Assembly: GCA_031364965.1 (NCBI GenBank)
Contig: JANLXF010000089.1
Coordinates: forward strand, 15,709-79,708
Length of the DNA stretch: 64,000 nucleotides
Source: Actinomycetes bacterium
GTDB lineage: Bacteria; Actinomycetota; UBA4738; HRBIN12
Direction: 5' to 3'
Shown: positions 29,675 to 39,334 of the stretch, one piece after another
How positions within the stretch are numbered: the first letter of the stretch is position 1
Layout: every line of letters begins with the position of its first letter
Notes under the pieces: generated by a model
Database searches by the model: none
What the model was told of the DNA's origin: nothing
The model's input: the letters and a program-made list of their open reading frames with translations, nothing else
Position numbers and translations under genes: made by a program

Positions 29675-31078
29675 ATGACCGAGCCCACGTCGCAGCCGGG
29701 CGCCACGATCGAGGTCGACCCGCTCGCGGACGAGCTGGGAGCCCTGTTCGAGGCAGCCGGCCACCAGCTCTATCTCGTCGGGGGTTCCGTGCGCGACCTC
29801 GTGATGGGCCGGGTTCGACTCGACGAGGCCGATCTGGACTTCTGCACCGACGCGGCGCCGCACGAGACCACCCGTCTGATGCGCGGGTGGGCCGACGGCA
29901 TCTACCTCGTGGGGGTCAAGTTCGGAACGGTGGGGGCGCGCAAGTCCGGGCGCACGCTGGAGGTCACCACGTTCCGGGCGGACGCCTACGACGAGGCCCA
30001 CCGCAAGCCGGCCGTGACGTTCGCGAAGGACGTCGAGTCGGACCTGTCCCGACGGGACTTCACGATCAACGCGATGGCGGTCCGGGTGCCGGGCGGCGCG
30101 TTCGTGGATCCGTTCGGCGGCGTGCGTCACCTCGCGACGAAGACGCTCGACACGCCGCTCGAGCCGGAGGTGTCGTTCTCCGACGACCCGCTGCGGATGC
30201 TCCGTGCGGCTCGCTTCGTGTCGCAGCTCGAGGTGATCCCGGCGGCTCGCTTGGTCGAGGCCCTCACGGAGATGCGAGGTCGCCTGTCGATCGTGAGCGC
30301 CGAGCGGATCGCCGACGAGCTCGTGAAGCTCCTGAACGGCGCGAACCCCTCGGCGGGTCTCGACCTGTTGGTCTCGACCGGGCTTGCGGACGAGTTCGTG
30401 CCCGAGCTCTCGGCGCTCAGCCTCGAGCAGGACCCGGTCCACCGCCACAAGGATGTGCTCCGCCATACGTACGCCGTGGTCGAGCGCTGCGAGCCCGACC
30501 CGTCGGGGACGCTCCGGCTCGCGGCGCTCCTGCACGACATCGGTAAGCCGAAGACCCGCGAGATCACGCCCGGCCGTGTGACGTTCCATCATCACGAGGT
30601 CGTGGGCGCACGGATGGCGGAGGCTCGTCTGCGCCAGCTCCGGTTCCCGAACGCGGTGATCGACGACGTGCGCAGGCTCGTCGAGATGCACCTGCGGTTC
30701 CATGGGTACGGCGAGGGGTGGAGCGACTCGGCGGTCCGTCGATACGTCCGCGACGCGGGGCCGCTCCTGGACAAGTTGAACCAGCTCACCCGCGCCGACG
30801 TCACGACTCGGAACGAGCGACGCGCGGAAGCCTTCGCCCGGCTGCAGGACGACCTCGAGGAACGGATCGCCCGGCTCGCCGAGCAGGAGAACCTCGACGC
30901 GATGCGTCCCCCGCTCGACGGTCGGCAGGTGATGGAGCACCTGGATCTTCCCCCCGGACCCGAGGTCGGCGAGGCGCTCGCGTTCTTGATGGAGGACAGG
31001 ATCGAGCGGGGACCGATCGAGGAGGCGGAGGCGTTCGCCCTGCTGGAAGGATGGGCGAAGGAGCGCGGACTGCGCTAA
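29675..31078 (+). CDS. cca: CCA tRNA nucleotidyltransferase / poly(A) polymerase family with HD domain
   Basis: Head-domain motif LYLVGGSVRD...D.D and an HD domain (LLHDIGKP). Syntenic with Mtb pcnA. Confidence 0.9.
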   Translation: MTEPTSQPGATIEVDPLADELGALFEAAGHQLYLVGGSVRDLVMGRVRLDEADLDFCTDAAPHETTRLMRGWADGIYLVGVKFGTVGARKSGRTLEVTTFRADAYDEAHRKPAVTFAKDVESDLSRRDFTINAMAVRVPGGAFVDPFGGVRHLATKTLDTPLEPEVSFSDDPLRMLRAARFVSQLEVIPAARLVEALTEMRGRLSIVSAERIADELVKLLNGANPSAGLDLLVSTGLADEFVPELSALSLEQDPVHRHKDVLRHTYAVVERCEPDPSGTLRLAALLHDIGKPKTREITPGRVTFHHHEVVGARMAEARLRQLRFPNAVIDDVRRLVEMHLRFHGYGEGWSDSAVRRYVRDAGPLLDKLNQLTRADVTTRNERRAEAFARLQDDLEERIARLAEQENLDAMRPPLDGRQVMEHLDLPPGPEVGEALAFLMEDRIERGPIEEAEAFALLEGWAKERGLR

Positions 31079-32241
31079 GGCACGGTGAGCTCGGCGGTGT
31101 CGGGACCCTGCTCGCCGGCCAGACCCTCGCCGCCCGCGCGTCGCACGTCCAGCGCAACGGTCACGACCAGGACCACGAAGACCACACCCGTGAGCCCGGC
31201 CGGAGGCAGACCTCGCCCGATGCCGACGGTGACCAGGAGCAGGGCGATCGCGATCAGCCGCTGGCTCATGACGGCGTCCCACGCCTGGATGTTCGCCTTG
31301 TGGATCACGGCGAGCGCGAAGAGCACGGCGGCCGGCCCGGCGCACAGCATCAGACGCGTCGCCAGCGACAGGCCGTGATCCCCATGTGCGCCGGCCTCGA
31401 TCGCGAGTTGGACCCCGACCGCGGACGCCGCGATCCCGGAGTACGCGAACAGGTGGCCGTATCCCCAGAGGAACGACGCCACCACTCGCTCGCGCGACAG
31501 GGCCGACGAAGACACGGTCTCGAAGTAGGCCCACCAGATCGCCGCGGCGATCCCGAACCCGAGGAGCGCCGATGCCACCGAGCCTCCGTCGAACGTCACG
31601 CTGCTCAGTCCCGTCGTGACCGCGACGACGCCCTCACCGAGCACGATGATCGCGAACAAGCCGTAGCGCTCGGGGATGTGCCGAGAGTCGAACGGCTGGC
31701 CTTCGTACGCACGCACGGCGAACACCGGGGCCACCATGAGCGCGATCAGGGCGAGTGCCCAGATCCAGTGCCGGGCCGGCGCGTCCACGGCCAGGGAGGC
31801 CAGCATCAACCCGCCACCGATCGCATCGCCGATCAGATAGTTCCTCGCGAGTCCTCGGGCATCTCCGGCGTGGGGCAGCACGCGAAGGAACATCACGACC
31901 AAGAGCGCCTGCATCGCGGCATACGCGAGCACGAACGCCACGTCGCTCTCGCCCGACAGGACGTCTCGGATCCCGGACGCGAGCACGATGACCAGCAGCA
32001 TCGCGAGCAGCAGCGAGAGCCGGTGGAACAGATCGTCGTTGTCCCACGCGGTGGCGAACCACGTGAACTCCATCCACGCCCACCACACGGGCACGAACAA
32101 CAGGCAGAAATGCCAGAGCCCGGCGAGCGTGGGGTCGGAGCGGAGGCCGTTGGCGAGGGCGGTCACCGCCGCGACGAAGCAGAGATCGAAGAACAGCTCC
32201 AGCCAGGTGCTCGTGCGATCCTCGACGTCGAAGTCGCGCAT
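31075..32241 (-). CDS. ltrA: Low-temperature-requirement protein A (LtrA) family membrane protein
   Basis: The ATG at 32241 gives a 388-aa polytopic protein (MRDFDVEDRTSTWLELFFDLCFVAA...) with an LtrA-like N-terminal motif. The rest of the 1078-aa track ORF is run-on. Confidence 0.8.
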   Translation of the reverse strand: MRDFDVEDRTSTWLELFFDLCFVAAVTALANGLRSDPTLAGLWHFCLLFVPVWWAWMEFTWFATAWDNDDLFHRLSLLLAMLLVIVLASGIRDVLSGESDVAFVLAYAAMQALLVVMFLRVLPHAGDARGLARNYLIGDAIGGGLMLASLAVDAPARHWIWALALIALMVAPVFAVRAYEGQPFDSRHIPERYGLFAIIVLGEGVVAVTTGLSSVTFDGGSVASALLGFGIAAAIWWAYFETVSSSALSRERVVASFLWGYGHLFAYSGIAASAVGVQLAIEAGAHGDHGLSLATRLMLCAGPAAVLFALAVIHKANIQAWDAVMSQRLIAIALLLVTVGIGRGLPPAGLTGVVFVVLVVTVALDVRRAGGEGLAGEQGPDTAELTVP

Positions 32242-32267
32242 CGGCGCAGGCTTGAGCCACCGGCCCT

Positions 32268-32669
32268 TCACGCGGCCCCGGCTCCCAGACCCGCCAGGCG
32301 GAAGATCGTCGCGAGCGTCGCGGGATCCCCTCGCCAATGGGCGTTGACGGCATCGCGCCCGGCGTGCTTCACGAGATGGCGGAGCACGAGCGCGGCCACG
32401 ATCACGTCGTCGAACGGCCCGATCACGGGGACGAACTCGGGGATCAGGTCGATCGGATTCACGAGGTAGAGGAACCCGAGGCCGACCACGATCTTCGATC
32501 CGAAGGGCGTGGCGGGATCGCGCATCAGGCTTCGGAACAGCGCGAGCACATCGGGGATCGTGCGCGCGAGCTTGGCGGCGGTCATCCGCCGCCCGAGGAC
32601 GTAGAGGAGGCCGATGGCCGCAGCCCATACGGCCAACGTGACCCCCACGACGAGCAAGAACGTGCGCAT
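32268..32669 (-). CDS. DUF1232 (YkvA-like) membrane protein
   Basis: 133 aa. Motif YLVNPIDLIPEFVPVIGPFDDV is typical of DUF1232. Confidence 0.75.
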   Translation of the reverse strand: MRTFLLVVGVTLAVWAAAIGLLYVLGRRMTAAKLARTIPDVLALFRSLMRDPATPFGSKIVVGLGFLYLVNPIDLIPEFVPVIGPFDDVIVAALVLRHLVKHAGRDAVNAHWRGDPATLATIFRLAGLGAGAA

Positions 32670-32700
32670 CGCTCCAGCCTAGCGCCGCTAGGCTGCGAGC

Positions 32701-35094
32701 ATGCCGCCGAACACCCTCGCTCCAGCGGTCGAAGCCGACCGTGGCCTGTCGGCGGCCGAGGTGGCCGCCCGCGTTGCCGACGGCCGCACGAACGACGTGC
32801 CCGCCGCACCCACCCGCACGGTCGCCCAGATCGTGCGGGCCAACGTGTTCACTCGATTCAACGCGATCCTCGGCGCGATGCTCGCCGTCATCGTCGTGGT
32901 CGGACCGGCGCAGGACGCGCTCTTCGGGTTCGTCCTGTTCGCGAACGCGCTGATCGGCATCGTCCAGGAGCTCCGCGCGAAGGGGACCCTCGATCGGCTG
33001 ACCCTGTTGACGGCTCCCCGGGCGCGGGTGGTCCGAGACGGCGAGGTGCACGAGGTCTCGGTGGGCGAGGTCGTGCAGGACGACGTGCTGGAGGCGCCCG
33101 CCGGCGCCCAGATCGTCGTGGACGGCGAGGTGCTGACCACCGAGGGGCTCGAGGTCGACGAGTCCCTCCTGACCGGCGAGGCCGAACCGGTGATCAAGCG
33201 GGCCGGCGACGAGGTCCGTTCCGGATCCTTCGCGTCCGCGGGGATCGGTCGCTACCGTGCCGTGAACGTCGGCCGCGAGGCGTATGCTGCGCGGATCGCC
33301 GAGGACGCGCGCCGGTTCACGGTCACGCGATCCGAGCTGCGGTCGGGCATCGACACGATCTTGACCTACGTGACGTTCGCGATCGTGCCGACCGCGGCGC
33401 TCCTGTTCTTCAGCCAGCTGCGAACGCACGAGGCGTGGCGCCGGGCGGTGTCCGGTGCCGTGGCCGGCACCGTCGCGATGGTGCCCGAGGGGCTCGTGCT
33501 CCTGACCTCGCTCGCGTTCGCCCTGGCCGCGATGCGGCTCGCCCGGCAACGCGTCTTGGTGCAGGAGCTGCAGGCGGTCGAGGGTCTCGCCCGCGTGGAC
33601 GTGCTGTGCGTGGACAAGACCGGCACCCTGACCGAAGGAAAGCTCTCGGTCGACCAGCTCGATCCGGTCGGAGACGCAACGTTGGAGGTGGCCGAGCGCG
33701 CGATCGCCGCCCTCGCGGCGAACGACGCGTCGCCGAACGCCACGATGCAGGCGATCCGGAAGCGTTACCCCGATCAGGCCGGGGGGTGGCGTGCGGTCGC
33801 ATCGGTGCCGTTCTCGTCGGGACGCAAGTGGAGCGGTATCGAGTTCGACGGAGAGGGCGCCTGGCTGCTCGGCGCGCCCGACGTGCTGCTCGCCGGGGGC
33901 ACCGGCGACGACGCGGTGCTCGCGGCCGTCGACGCCGAGGCCGATCAGGGGCATCGCGTCGTCCTGCTCGCCCACGCCGCCGAGCTCGATGAGGAGCGGC
34001 TCCCGGCGGCGCTGTCGCCGATCGCGCTCGTCGTGCTCGCCGACGCGCCGCGGCCCGATGCCGCCGACACGCTCGCCTACTTCGCCGAGCAGGGGGTGAC
34101 CGTCAAGGTGATCTCCGGTGACGATCCGCGCACGGTGGGCGCGATCGCCTCGACGCTGGGTCTTGCCGGCGCCGACGAGCCGATCGACGCGCGCGACCTT
34201 CCCGACGACGACAGCGAGCTCGCCGGATTGATGGAAGCCCACTCGGTGTTCGGTCGCGTCACGCCTCAGCAGAAGCGTGCGATGGTGAAGGCGCTCCAGG
34301 GTCTCGGCCACACCGTCGCGATGACGGGCGACGGCGTGAACGACGCGCTCGCGCTGAAGGACGCCGACATCGGCATCGCGATGGGCTCGGGGTCCGACGC
34401 CACCCGCGCGGTCGCCCAGCTCGTGCTCCTGGACTCGAACTTTGACGCGCTGCCCCCCGTCGTGGCCGAGGGCCGGCGGGTGCTCGGCAACATCGAGCGC
34501 ACGTCAGGTCTCTACCTGACGAAGACCGTCTATGCGATGTTGATCTCGCTCGCGACCGGCGTGGTGGGCTTCGTGTTCCCGTTCCTTCCGCGTCATCTCA
34601 CGTTGATCGGCGCCCTCACGATCGGGATCCCCTCGTTCTTCCTTGCGCTCGCCCCCAACACCGACCTGTTCCGCCCCGGGTTCGTGCCGCGCATCCTGCG
34701 GTTCGCGATCCCCGCCGGGGCGCTCGCAGCGACGGCGAGCTTCCTCTCCTACTCGCTCGCGCGCGTGGAGCCCGGTGTCTCGCTCGAAGGGGCGCAGACC
34801 ACCGCCGTGATGGTGCTGATCTGGATCGGTCTGCTGGTGCTCTCGATCCTCGCGGCCCCGCTCACGCGTGCGCGGCTCGCCCTGATCTGGACGATGGCCG
34901 GGTTGTTCCTTCTGGTGCTGAATCTGCAGGTGACGCGGACGTTCTTCGCCCTGGAACCTCCGTCGCTGATCGTGTGGCTCGCGGCGTTCGGCATCGCGGC
35001 GATCACCTGGTCGTTCGCGCGGCTCTTCGTGCCCGGCGAGGAGCCGGTGGGCCCCCGAGCACCCGGCCGTGCCCGCGGGTCCGAGAAGCCCTAG
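32701..35094 (+). CDS. Cation-transporting P-type ATPase (HAD superfamily)
   Basis: 797 aa. Contains the phosphorylation motif DKTGTLT, the hinge GDGVNDALAL, the TGE actuator motif, and 8-10 TM helices. Confidence 0.92.
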   Translation: MPPNTLAPAVEADRGLSAAEVAARVADGRTNDVPAAPTRTVAQIVRANVFTRFNAILGAMLAVIVVVGPAQDALFGFVLFANALIGIVQELRAKGTLDRLTLLTAPRARVVRDGEVHEVSVGEVVQDDVLEAPAGAQIVVDGEVLTTEGLEVDESLLTGEAEPVIKRAGDEVRSGSFASAGIGRYRAVNVGREAYAARIAEDARRFTVTRSELRSGIDTILTYVTFAIVPTAALLFFSQLRTHEAWRRAVSGAVAGTVAMVPEGLVLLTSLAFALAAMRLARQRVLVQELQAVEGLARVDVLCVDKTGTLTEGKLSVDQLDPVGDATLEVAERAIAALAANDASPNATMQAIRKRYPDQAGGWRAVASVPFSSGRKWSGIEFDGEGAWLLGAPDVLLAGGTGDDAVLAAVDAEADQGHRVVLLAHAAELDEERLPAALSPIALVVLADAPRPDAADTLAYFAEQGVTVKVISGDDPRTVGAIASTLGLAGADEPIDARDLPDDDSELAGLMEAHSVFGRVTPQQKRAMVKALQGLGHTVAMTGDGVNDALALKDADIGIAMGSGSDATRAVAQLVLLDSNFDALPPVVAEGRRVLGNIERTSGLYLTKTVYAMLISLATGVVGFVFPFLPRHLTLIGALTIGIPSFFLALAPNTDLFRPGFVPRILRFAIPAGALAATASFLSYSLARVEPGVSLEGAQTTAVMVLIWIGLLVLSILAAPLTRARLALIWTMAGLFLLVLNLQVTRTFFALEPPSLIVWLAAFGIAAITWSFARLFVPGEEPVGPRAPGRARGSEKP

Positions 35095-35744
35095 TTCAGG
35101 CCACCGGCGCGGCCGGGTGGCCAGATCACCAGGTCCGCCTTGCCGATCACTTGGCTCAGTGGGACGAACCCGAGCCCGAAGCGAGAGTCGAGCGAGTTAC
35201 CGCGATTGTCGCCCATCACGAAGAGCGTCCCCTCGGGCACCTTGGTCTTGGGGAAGTCGTCGGTCTTCTGGACGAGGTACGGCTCGTCGATCCGTACGTT
35301 GTCGACGTAGACGTCTCCGCCCTTTGCCCAGACGGTCTCACCGGGCAGCCCGATCACGCGCTTGATGAAGTCCTCGTTGTCGGGCGGGGCGGCGCCCAGG
35401 CCCTGCACGAGCCAGTGGACGAAGCCGCCGACCACGCCTCGGTCGGGAAGCTTGGACGGGTCGGGGTCCTCGAACACGATCACGTCACCGCGCTGGGGGT
35501 CGTGGAAGTAGTAGGGGACCTTGACCACGATCACGCGGTCGCCGGGCAGCAAAGTGGGCTCCATCGAGCCCGACGGGATGAAGAACGCCTGCACCAGGAA
35601 GGTCTTGATCAGCAGCGCCAGGATGAACGCCATCAGGACCAGCCCCGGCAGTTCGCCGAGGAACTGGAGAACGGGATTCCGGTGCTTCTGGGGGACCTCG
35701 GGATCAGGGGCCTCGAGGGAATCCCGCTTCGCGGTCGTCGTCAC
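35091..35744 (-). CDS. lepB: Signal peptidase I (S26 family)
   Basis: Box B GSMEPTL, box D KRVIGLPGE and box E GDNRGNSLDSR. The GTG start overlaps the stop of the upstream gene (GTGA). Confidence 0.88.
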   Translation of the reverse strand: MTTTAKRDSLEAPDPEVPQKHRNPVLQFLGELPGLVLMAFILALLIKTFLVQAFFIPSGSMEPTLLPGDRVIVVKVPYYFHDPQRGDVIVFEDPDPSKLPDRGVVGGFVHWLVQGLGAAPPDNEDFIKRVIGLPGETVWAKGGDVYVDNVRIDEPYLVQKTDDFPKTKVPEGTLFVMGDNRGNSLDSRFGLGFVPLSQVIGKADLVIWPPGRAGGLN

Positions 35745-36946
35745 CCGCCAAGGGTACCGGGCGATCGCCCCTGGCGGAGGCGGACCGCCACGTGCACCGC
35801 CACGAGGGCGATCGCTGCGGTGATCGCCAGGTTGCCGAACCAGGCGCCGATCACCCCCGCCGCCACCGCGATCGCGAGGTCCGCGCCGCGGAGGTCGCTG
35901 ACGAGCCACGCGTGGCGCAAGCCGGCGAAGGCGAGGAACGCCGCGAGCCCCCATACGGGGAGCAGCCCGAGGATCTGCGGGACCTGCGGGGCGAAGAACA
36001 CGCCGAGTCCTATGAACCCCGCGCCGAGCAGGAGGTTCATGCCGGCGGTCCGCGCCCCGAGGCGGGTATGGGCGGTGAGGCCGCCGGCGCCGTGGCACAT
36101 CGGCATCCCGCCGAGGATCCCGCTCACGGCGTTCCCGATCCCCGCCGACAGGCACACCCTGCTCGGCGACACTCGATCGGCGCGCGCGCCGAAATACCGG
36201 TGCGAAAGATCGTCGACCGCGACGACGGCGTTGCCGAACGTGAGCGGAAGCTGTGGCACGACGAGCAGGTAGAACGCCGTGCCGAACGCCGCGAGCGGCG
36301 GGAGCGAGACGGATGGGAGGGTGACCGTCGGCCCCGAGAACTCGGGCGCCGCGGTGAGCAGCGTTCCCGCCACGCCGGCGACCACGATCGTGATCGCGAG
36401 CCAGTAGTGGCGGGTCCGGGACGCGAACACCACGCCGGTGAACGCGGCGATCATCAGGATCCACGGCCACGGGGCTTCGGGCGTGCCCGCGAACACGGCC
36501 GGGGGCTCGTTCACGAGCTTCGCCGCCGCGATCGTGAGCAGCACCCCCACTCCGAACTGCAGAGAGCGCACCACTGGCTTCGTGAAGACCTTGGCTACCA
36601 CGTCGGCGACGTGATGGAACGACAGGAGCAGCAGGAAGGCGGCGATCTCGAGGCCCGCCGCGTGGATCACATCGGGGGAGAGCTGCTGCGCCACGGCGAC
36701 GGCGGTGAGCGCCTTCAATGGCTGGACGGGAAACGGGATCTTGAACGCGACACCGGCCCCGATCACCAGGAGGCCCGCGCACACCAGGACGCTCGAGGCG
36801 TCGAGCCCGTTCACGAGGATCAGTGCCGTTGCGAGCGGCACCATCACCCCGAGGTCGGCGATCGCCCCCGCGGCCTCCCCGACGCCGATCCCGAACGCGC
36901 GGACCGGACGCGAGGGCGCCGAGGTGGGGTTGACGGCGACCTTCAT
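35741..36946 (-). CDS. MOT1-family (SulP-related) molybdate transporter
   Basis: The ATG at 36946 gives 401 aa. Signature region DLGVMVPLATALILVNGLDASSVLVCAGLLVIGAGVAFKIPFPVQPLKAL matches the MOT1 family. A Mo-binding regulator gene follows. Confidence 0.7.
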   Translation of the reverse strand: MKVAVNPTSAPSRPVRAFGIGVGEAAGAIADLGVMVPLATALILVNGLDASSVLVCAGLLVIGAGVAFKIPFPVQPLKALTAVAVAQQLSPDVIHAAGLEIAAFLLLLSFHHVADVVAKVFTKPVVRSLQFGVGVLLTIAAAKLVNEPPAVFAGTPEAPWPWILMIAAFTGVVFASRTRHYWLAITIVVAGVAGTLLTAAPEFSGPTVTLPSVSLPPLAAFGTAFYLLVVPQLPLTFGNAVVAVDDLSHRYFGARADRVSPSRVCLSAGIGNAVSGILGGMPMCHGAGGLTAHTRLGARTAGMNLLLGAGFIGLGVFFAPQVPQILGLLPVWGLAAFLAFAGLRHAWLVSDLRGADLAIAVAAGVIGAWFGNLAITAAIALVAVHVAVRLRQGRSPGTLGG

Positions 36947-37044
36947 GCGGCGATCCGACGCGACGGTGACATCGGGGGGACGATACCGCATCACCGTACG
37001 TGAGGCCCAGCCAAACCTGGCGATGGAATTCGAGAAACCTGGTT

Positions 37045-37437
37045 CTAGGACTCCGGCAGGTTCACCATGACGCTCGTGGCCTTCACGGTGGCCACGGCCT
37101 CCATCCCGGGCTCGAGGCCCATCTGGTCGGCGGCCTCGCGCGTGATGAAGGCGAGCACGCGATGTGGGCCCGCCTGGATCTCGACGGTCGCCGCGAGCCC
37201 ATCGCGCTTGACCTCGGTGATCACGCCCGGGAAGCGATTTCTTGCGCTGCCTGCCGCGATCGGAGTCTGCCCGTGGTGCTCGGCGAGGATGCGCGCCACC
37301 TCGCCGGCCGGAACGAGTCGCTGGCCCCCCTCGGTGCGCTCGACGTGCAACGTGCCGTCGCGCTCCCACCGTCGGAGGGTCTCGACGCGGACGCCGAGCA
37401 TCTTGGCCGCTTCGCCGATCCGGTACGCGTCGCTCAT
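37045..37437 (-). CDS. MerR-family HTH regulator fused to a TOBE (molybdate-binding) domain, ModE-like
   Basis: N-terminal MerR-type HTH (IGEAAKMLGVRVETLRRWERDG) plus a C-terminal TOBE/Mop domain (ITEVKRDGLAATVEIQAGP...ATVKATSVMVN). Confidence 0.8.
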   Translation of the reverse strand: MSDAYRIGEAAKMLGVRVETLRRWERDGTLHVERTEGGQRLVPAGEVARILAEHHGQTPIAAGSARNRFPGVITEVKRDGLAATVEIQAGPHRVLAFITREAADQMGLEPGMEAVATVKATSVMVNLPES

Positions 37438-37446
37438 CGGCCGAGC

Positions 37447-38427
37447 TTAAACCGAGAATCGCACGTGCAGGATGTCGCCCTCGGCGACCTGGTAGTCCTT
37501 GCCTTCGACGCGGATCTTGCCGTGGTGCTTCGCGGCTTCCATCGATCCCTGCGCGACGAGTTCGTCGTAGCCGATCACCTCGGCGCGGATGAACCCGCGC
37601 TCCAGATCCGTGTGGATCACGCCGGCGGCCTCGGGCGCCTTGGCGCCTCGGCGCACCTCCCACGCCCGGGTCTCGTCCTCGCCGGTGGTGAGGAATGTGA
37701 TCAGGTCGAGCGCGCGGTACGACGCGTGGATCACCGTGTCGAGACCGGGCTCCTCGACGCCGAACTCCTCCAGCAGGGCGCGTGCCTCTTCGGGTTCCAT
37801 CTCCGCGGTCTCGGCCTCGATCGAGGCGTACACACCCACGGCGTCCTCGCCCGCGAGCTCGGCCGGCACCGTGGTGCCCTCCTCCAGGTTCGCGATCACG
37901 ACCAGCGGCTTCATCGTGAGCGGCGCGATCCCGCGGAGCAGCTCGACCTGTTGCGGATCGAGTCTCGCGGCCCGGATCGGTGTCTCGGCCTCGAGCGCGT
38001 CCTTCGCGGTCTGGAGTGCCGCGGTCTCGTCGTTCGTCTTGCCCTTCGCGCGCTTAAGGGCCTTCTCGAGCGCGCTCTCGATCACGGCGAGGTCCGCGAG
38101 CAGCAGTTCCGCGCGCACGTTCGCGAGCTCGGCCGCAGGGGTCGCGTCGGGACCGAAGCACCGGAGGACCACGGCGAGCGCATCCACCTCTCGCAGCTTC
38201 GCGATCCCCTGCGCGCTCGCAACGCCGCCGGGAACGTCGACGAACCCGACCTGCGAGGCGACGGTCTTCTTCGATGACTCCATCTCGGTCAGCACGCCGA
38301 GACGCGGATCGGGCACCGCCACGACCGCGACGTTGGCCTGACCCCCGTGCGCGCCGGCGCGTGTCAACGCTCTGAACAGCGTCGACTTCCCGCTGAACGA
38401 CACCCCGACGAGCCCCACGTCCTTCAT
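37447..38427 (-). CDS. ychF: Redox-regulated ATPase YchF (Obg-family GTPase)
   Basis: P-loop GVSFSGKSTLF and a C-terminal TGS domain (DYQVAEGDILHVRFSV). ATG at 38427. Confidence 0.88.
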   Translation of the reverse strand: MKDVGLVGVSFSGKSTLFRALTRAGAHGGQANVAVVAVPDPRLGVLTEMESSKKTVASQVGFVDVPGGVASAQGIAKLREVDALAVVLRCFGPDATPAAELANVRAELLLADLAVIESALEKALKRAKGKTNDETAALQTAKDALEAETPIRAARLDPQQVELLRGIAPLTMKPLVVIANLEEGTTVPAELAGEDAVGVYASIEAETAEMEPEEARALLEEFGVEEPGLDTVIHASYRALDLITFLTTGEDETRAWEVRRGAKAPEAAGVIHTDLERGFIRAEVIGYDELVAQGSMEAAKHHGKIRVEGKDYQVAEGDILHVRFSV

Positions 38428-38646
38428 CGACCGCCGAGTGTACGGAACGTGCGCGGTCCCTCGGTCGACCTCTGGAGACAACTCGGGCGCCAGAGCAGAT
38501 CCCTCCGTGTATTTCTGGCCCACTGCCCGATACACAGGTACGACGGCAACCTCGGCGGGCCCGAAATCGGAGCTACGAATCCAAGACTGAGTCCGCGTCA
38601 GACAGGCATCGAGGCCGAGAGGCCTCTCGAAGAAGGAGAGAGTCAC

Positions 38647-39057
38647 ATGGACGTAAAGAAGCGGATCACGATGATCGTCGCGGTCGCGATGGCGGGGTTG
38701 CTCAGCGTGGGCATGGCCAGTGCGAGCGTGCGCCACTCGGTGGGCGGGTTGCTCGCCGGGCATCGCGGCAAGGTCGCTCCCGTGGTCCGACACAGCGCTC
38801 CGGTTTCGACTGGCGCCTCCGGCGAAGAGGCCGTCTCCGACGACTCGAAGGACGAGGCCGCGGAGATCGACGACCAGGGCGACGACGGCGGCACCACCGA
38901 GTCCGACCAGGGCGACCAGGGCGACCAGGGCGACCAGGGCGACCAGGGAGACCAGGGCGACACCACCGAGTCCGACCAGGGCGACCAGGGCGACGACAGC
39001 CAGGGCGACACGACCGAGTCCGACCAGGGCGACCAGGGCGACGACAGCCAGGGCTGA
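38647..39057 (+). CDS. Secreted acidic protein with tandem Asp-Gln-Gly (DQG) repeats
   Basis: Strong SD gaaggagag. Signal peptide MDVKKRITMIVAVAMAGLLSVGMASA. The C-terminal half is made of (DQG)n and TTESDQGDQGDDSQG units. Confidence 0.7.
   Translation: MDVKKRITMIVAVAMAGLLSVGMASASVRHSVGGLLAGHRGKVAPVVRHSAPVSTGASGEEAVSDDSKDEAAEIDDQGDDGGTTESDQGDQGDQGDQGDQGDQGDTTESDQGDQGDDSQGDTTESDQGDQGDDSQG
38905..39054 (+). repeat. 9-bp tandem repeat GACCAGGGC (x~10, with two 15-bp TTESDQ-type interruptions) encoding DQG units
   Basis: Direct reading of 38905-39054. The array is perfectly in-frame. Confidence 0.9.
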
Positions 39058-39239
39058 GAGCAGCCACACCCAAAGCACTTCCTCGGCGGAGGAGGCCCAA
39101 GGGCCGCCACCGCTTCTGTTTTACCCGACCGTTCGGCCCGGGCGTCGGGCCCGAGGCGCTCCCCCCTTCGCCCCACAACTACCGCCGTTCGGTCACTGCT
39201 CCGGCGCGACGCCCCATGCCGATGTGGTTCAACGAGACC

Positions 39240-39280
39240 GGGCGGGGTGGGGCGCCGCCAGACCCGCCCCACCCCGCCGG
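39240..39280. terminator. Strong GC hairpin between the two secreted acidic protein genes
   Basis: cgggcggggtggggcg-ccgccaga-cccgccccaccccgcc forms a ~14-bp perfect stem. It has no U-tract, so it is a hairpin/terminator candidate only. Confidence 0.45.
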
Positions 39281-39334
39281 GCTCGTTCGCCGCGGGGGTT
39301 GGCTGCGCGGTGGGGACGGATGAGAGGGGGCAAC

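Noticed and set aside
28003-31534. ORFs 28003..29706(-) and 29492..31534(-)
   Set aside because: Antisense to pilT and cca, which have clear catalytic motifs.
32242-34311. Upstream 690 codons of the 1078-aa track ORF 31075..34311 and the 583-aa ORF 30718..32469(+)
   Set aside because: Only the C-terminal 388 codons (LtrA) are coding. The rest is antisense to DUF1232 and the P-type ATPase.
35745-38277. Extended N-terminal parts of the ORFs 35091..36782 and 35741..37663, and antisense ORFs 35792..37003 and 37000..38277
   Set aside because: Real genes are lepB (C-terminal 217 codons) and the MOT1 transporter (C-terminal 401 codons). The remaining parts are low-complexity run-on or antisense.
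38428-39078. N-terminal 217 codons of the track ORF 37447..39078 (poly-Leu/Val/Ala)
   Set aside because: This is the antisense of the DQG-repeat gene region. ychF starts at the ATG at 38427.
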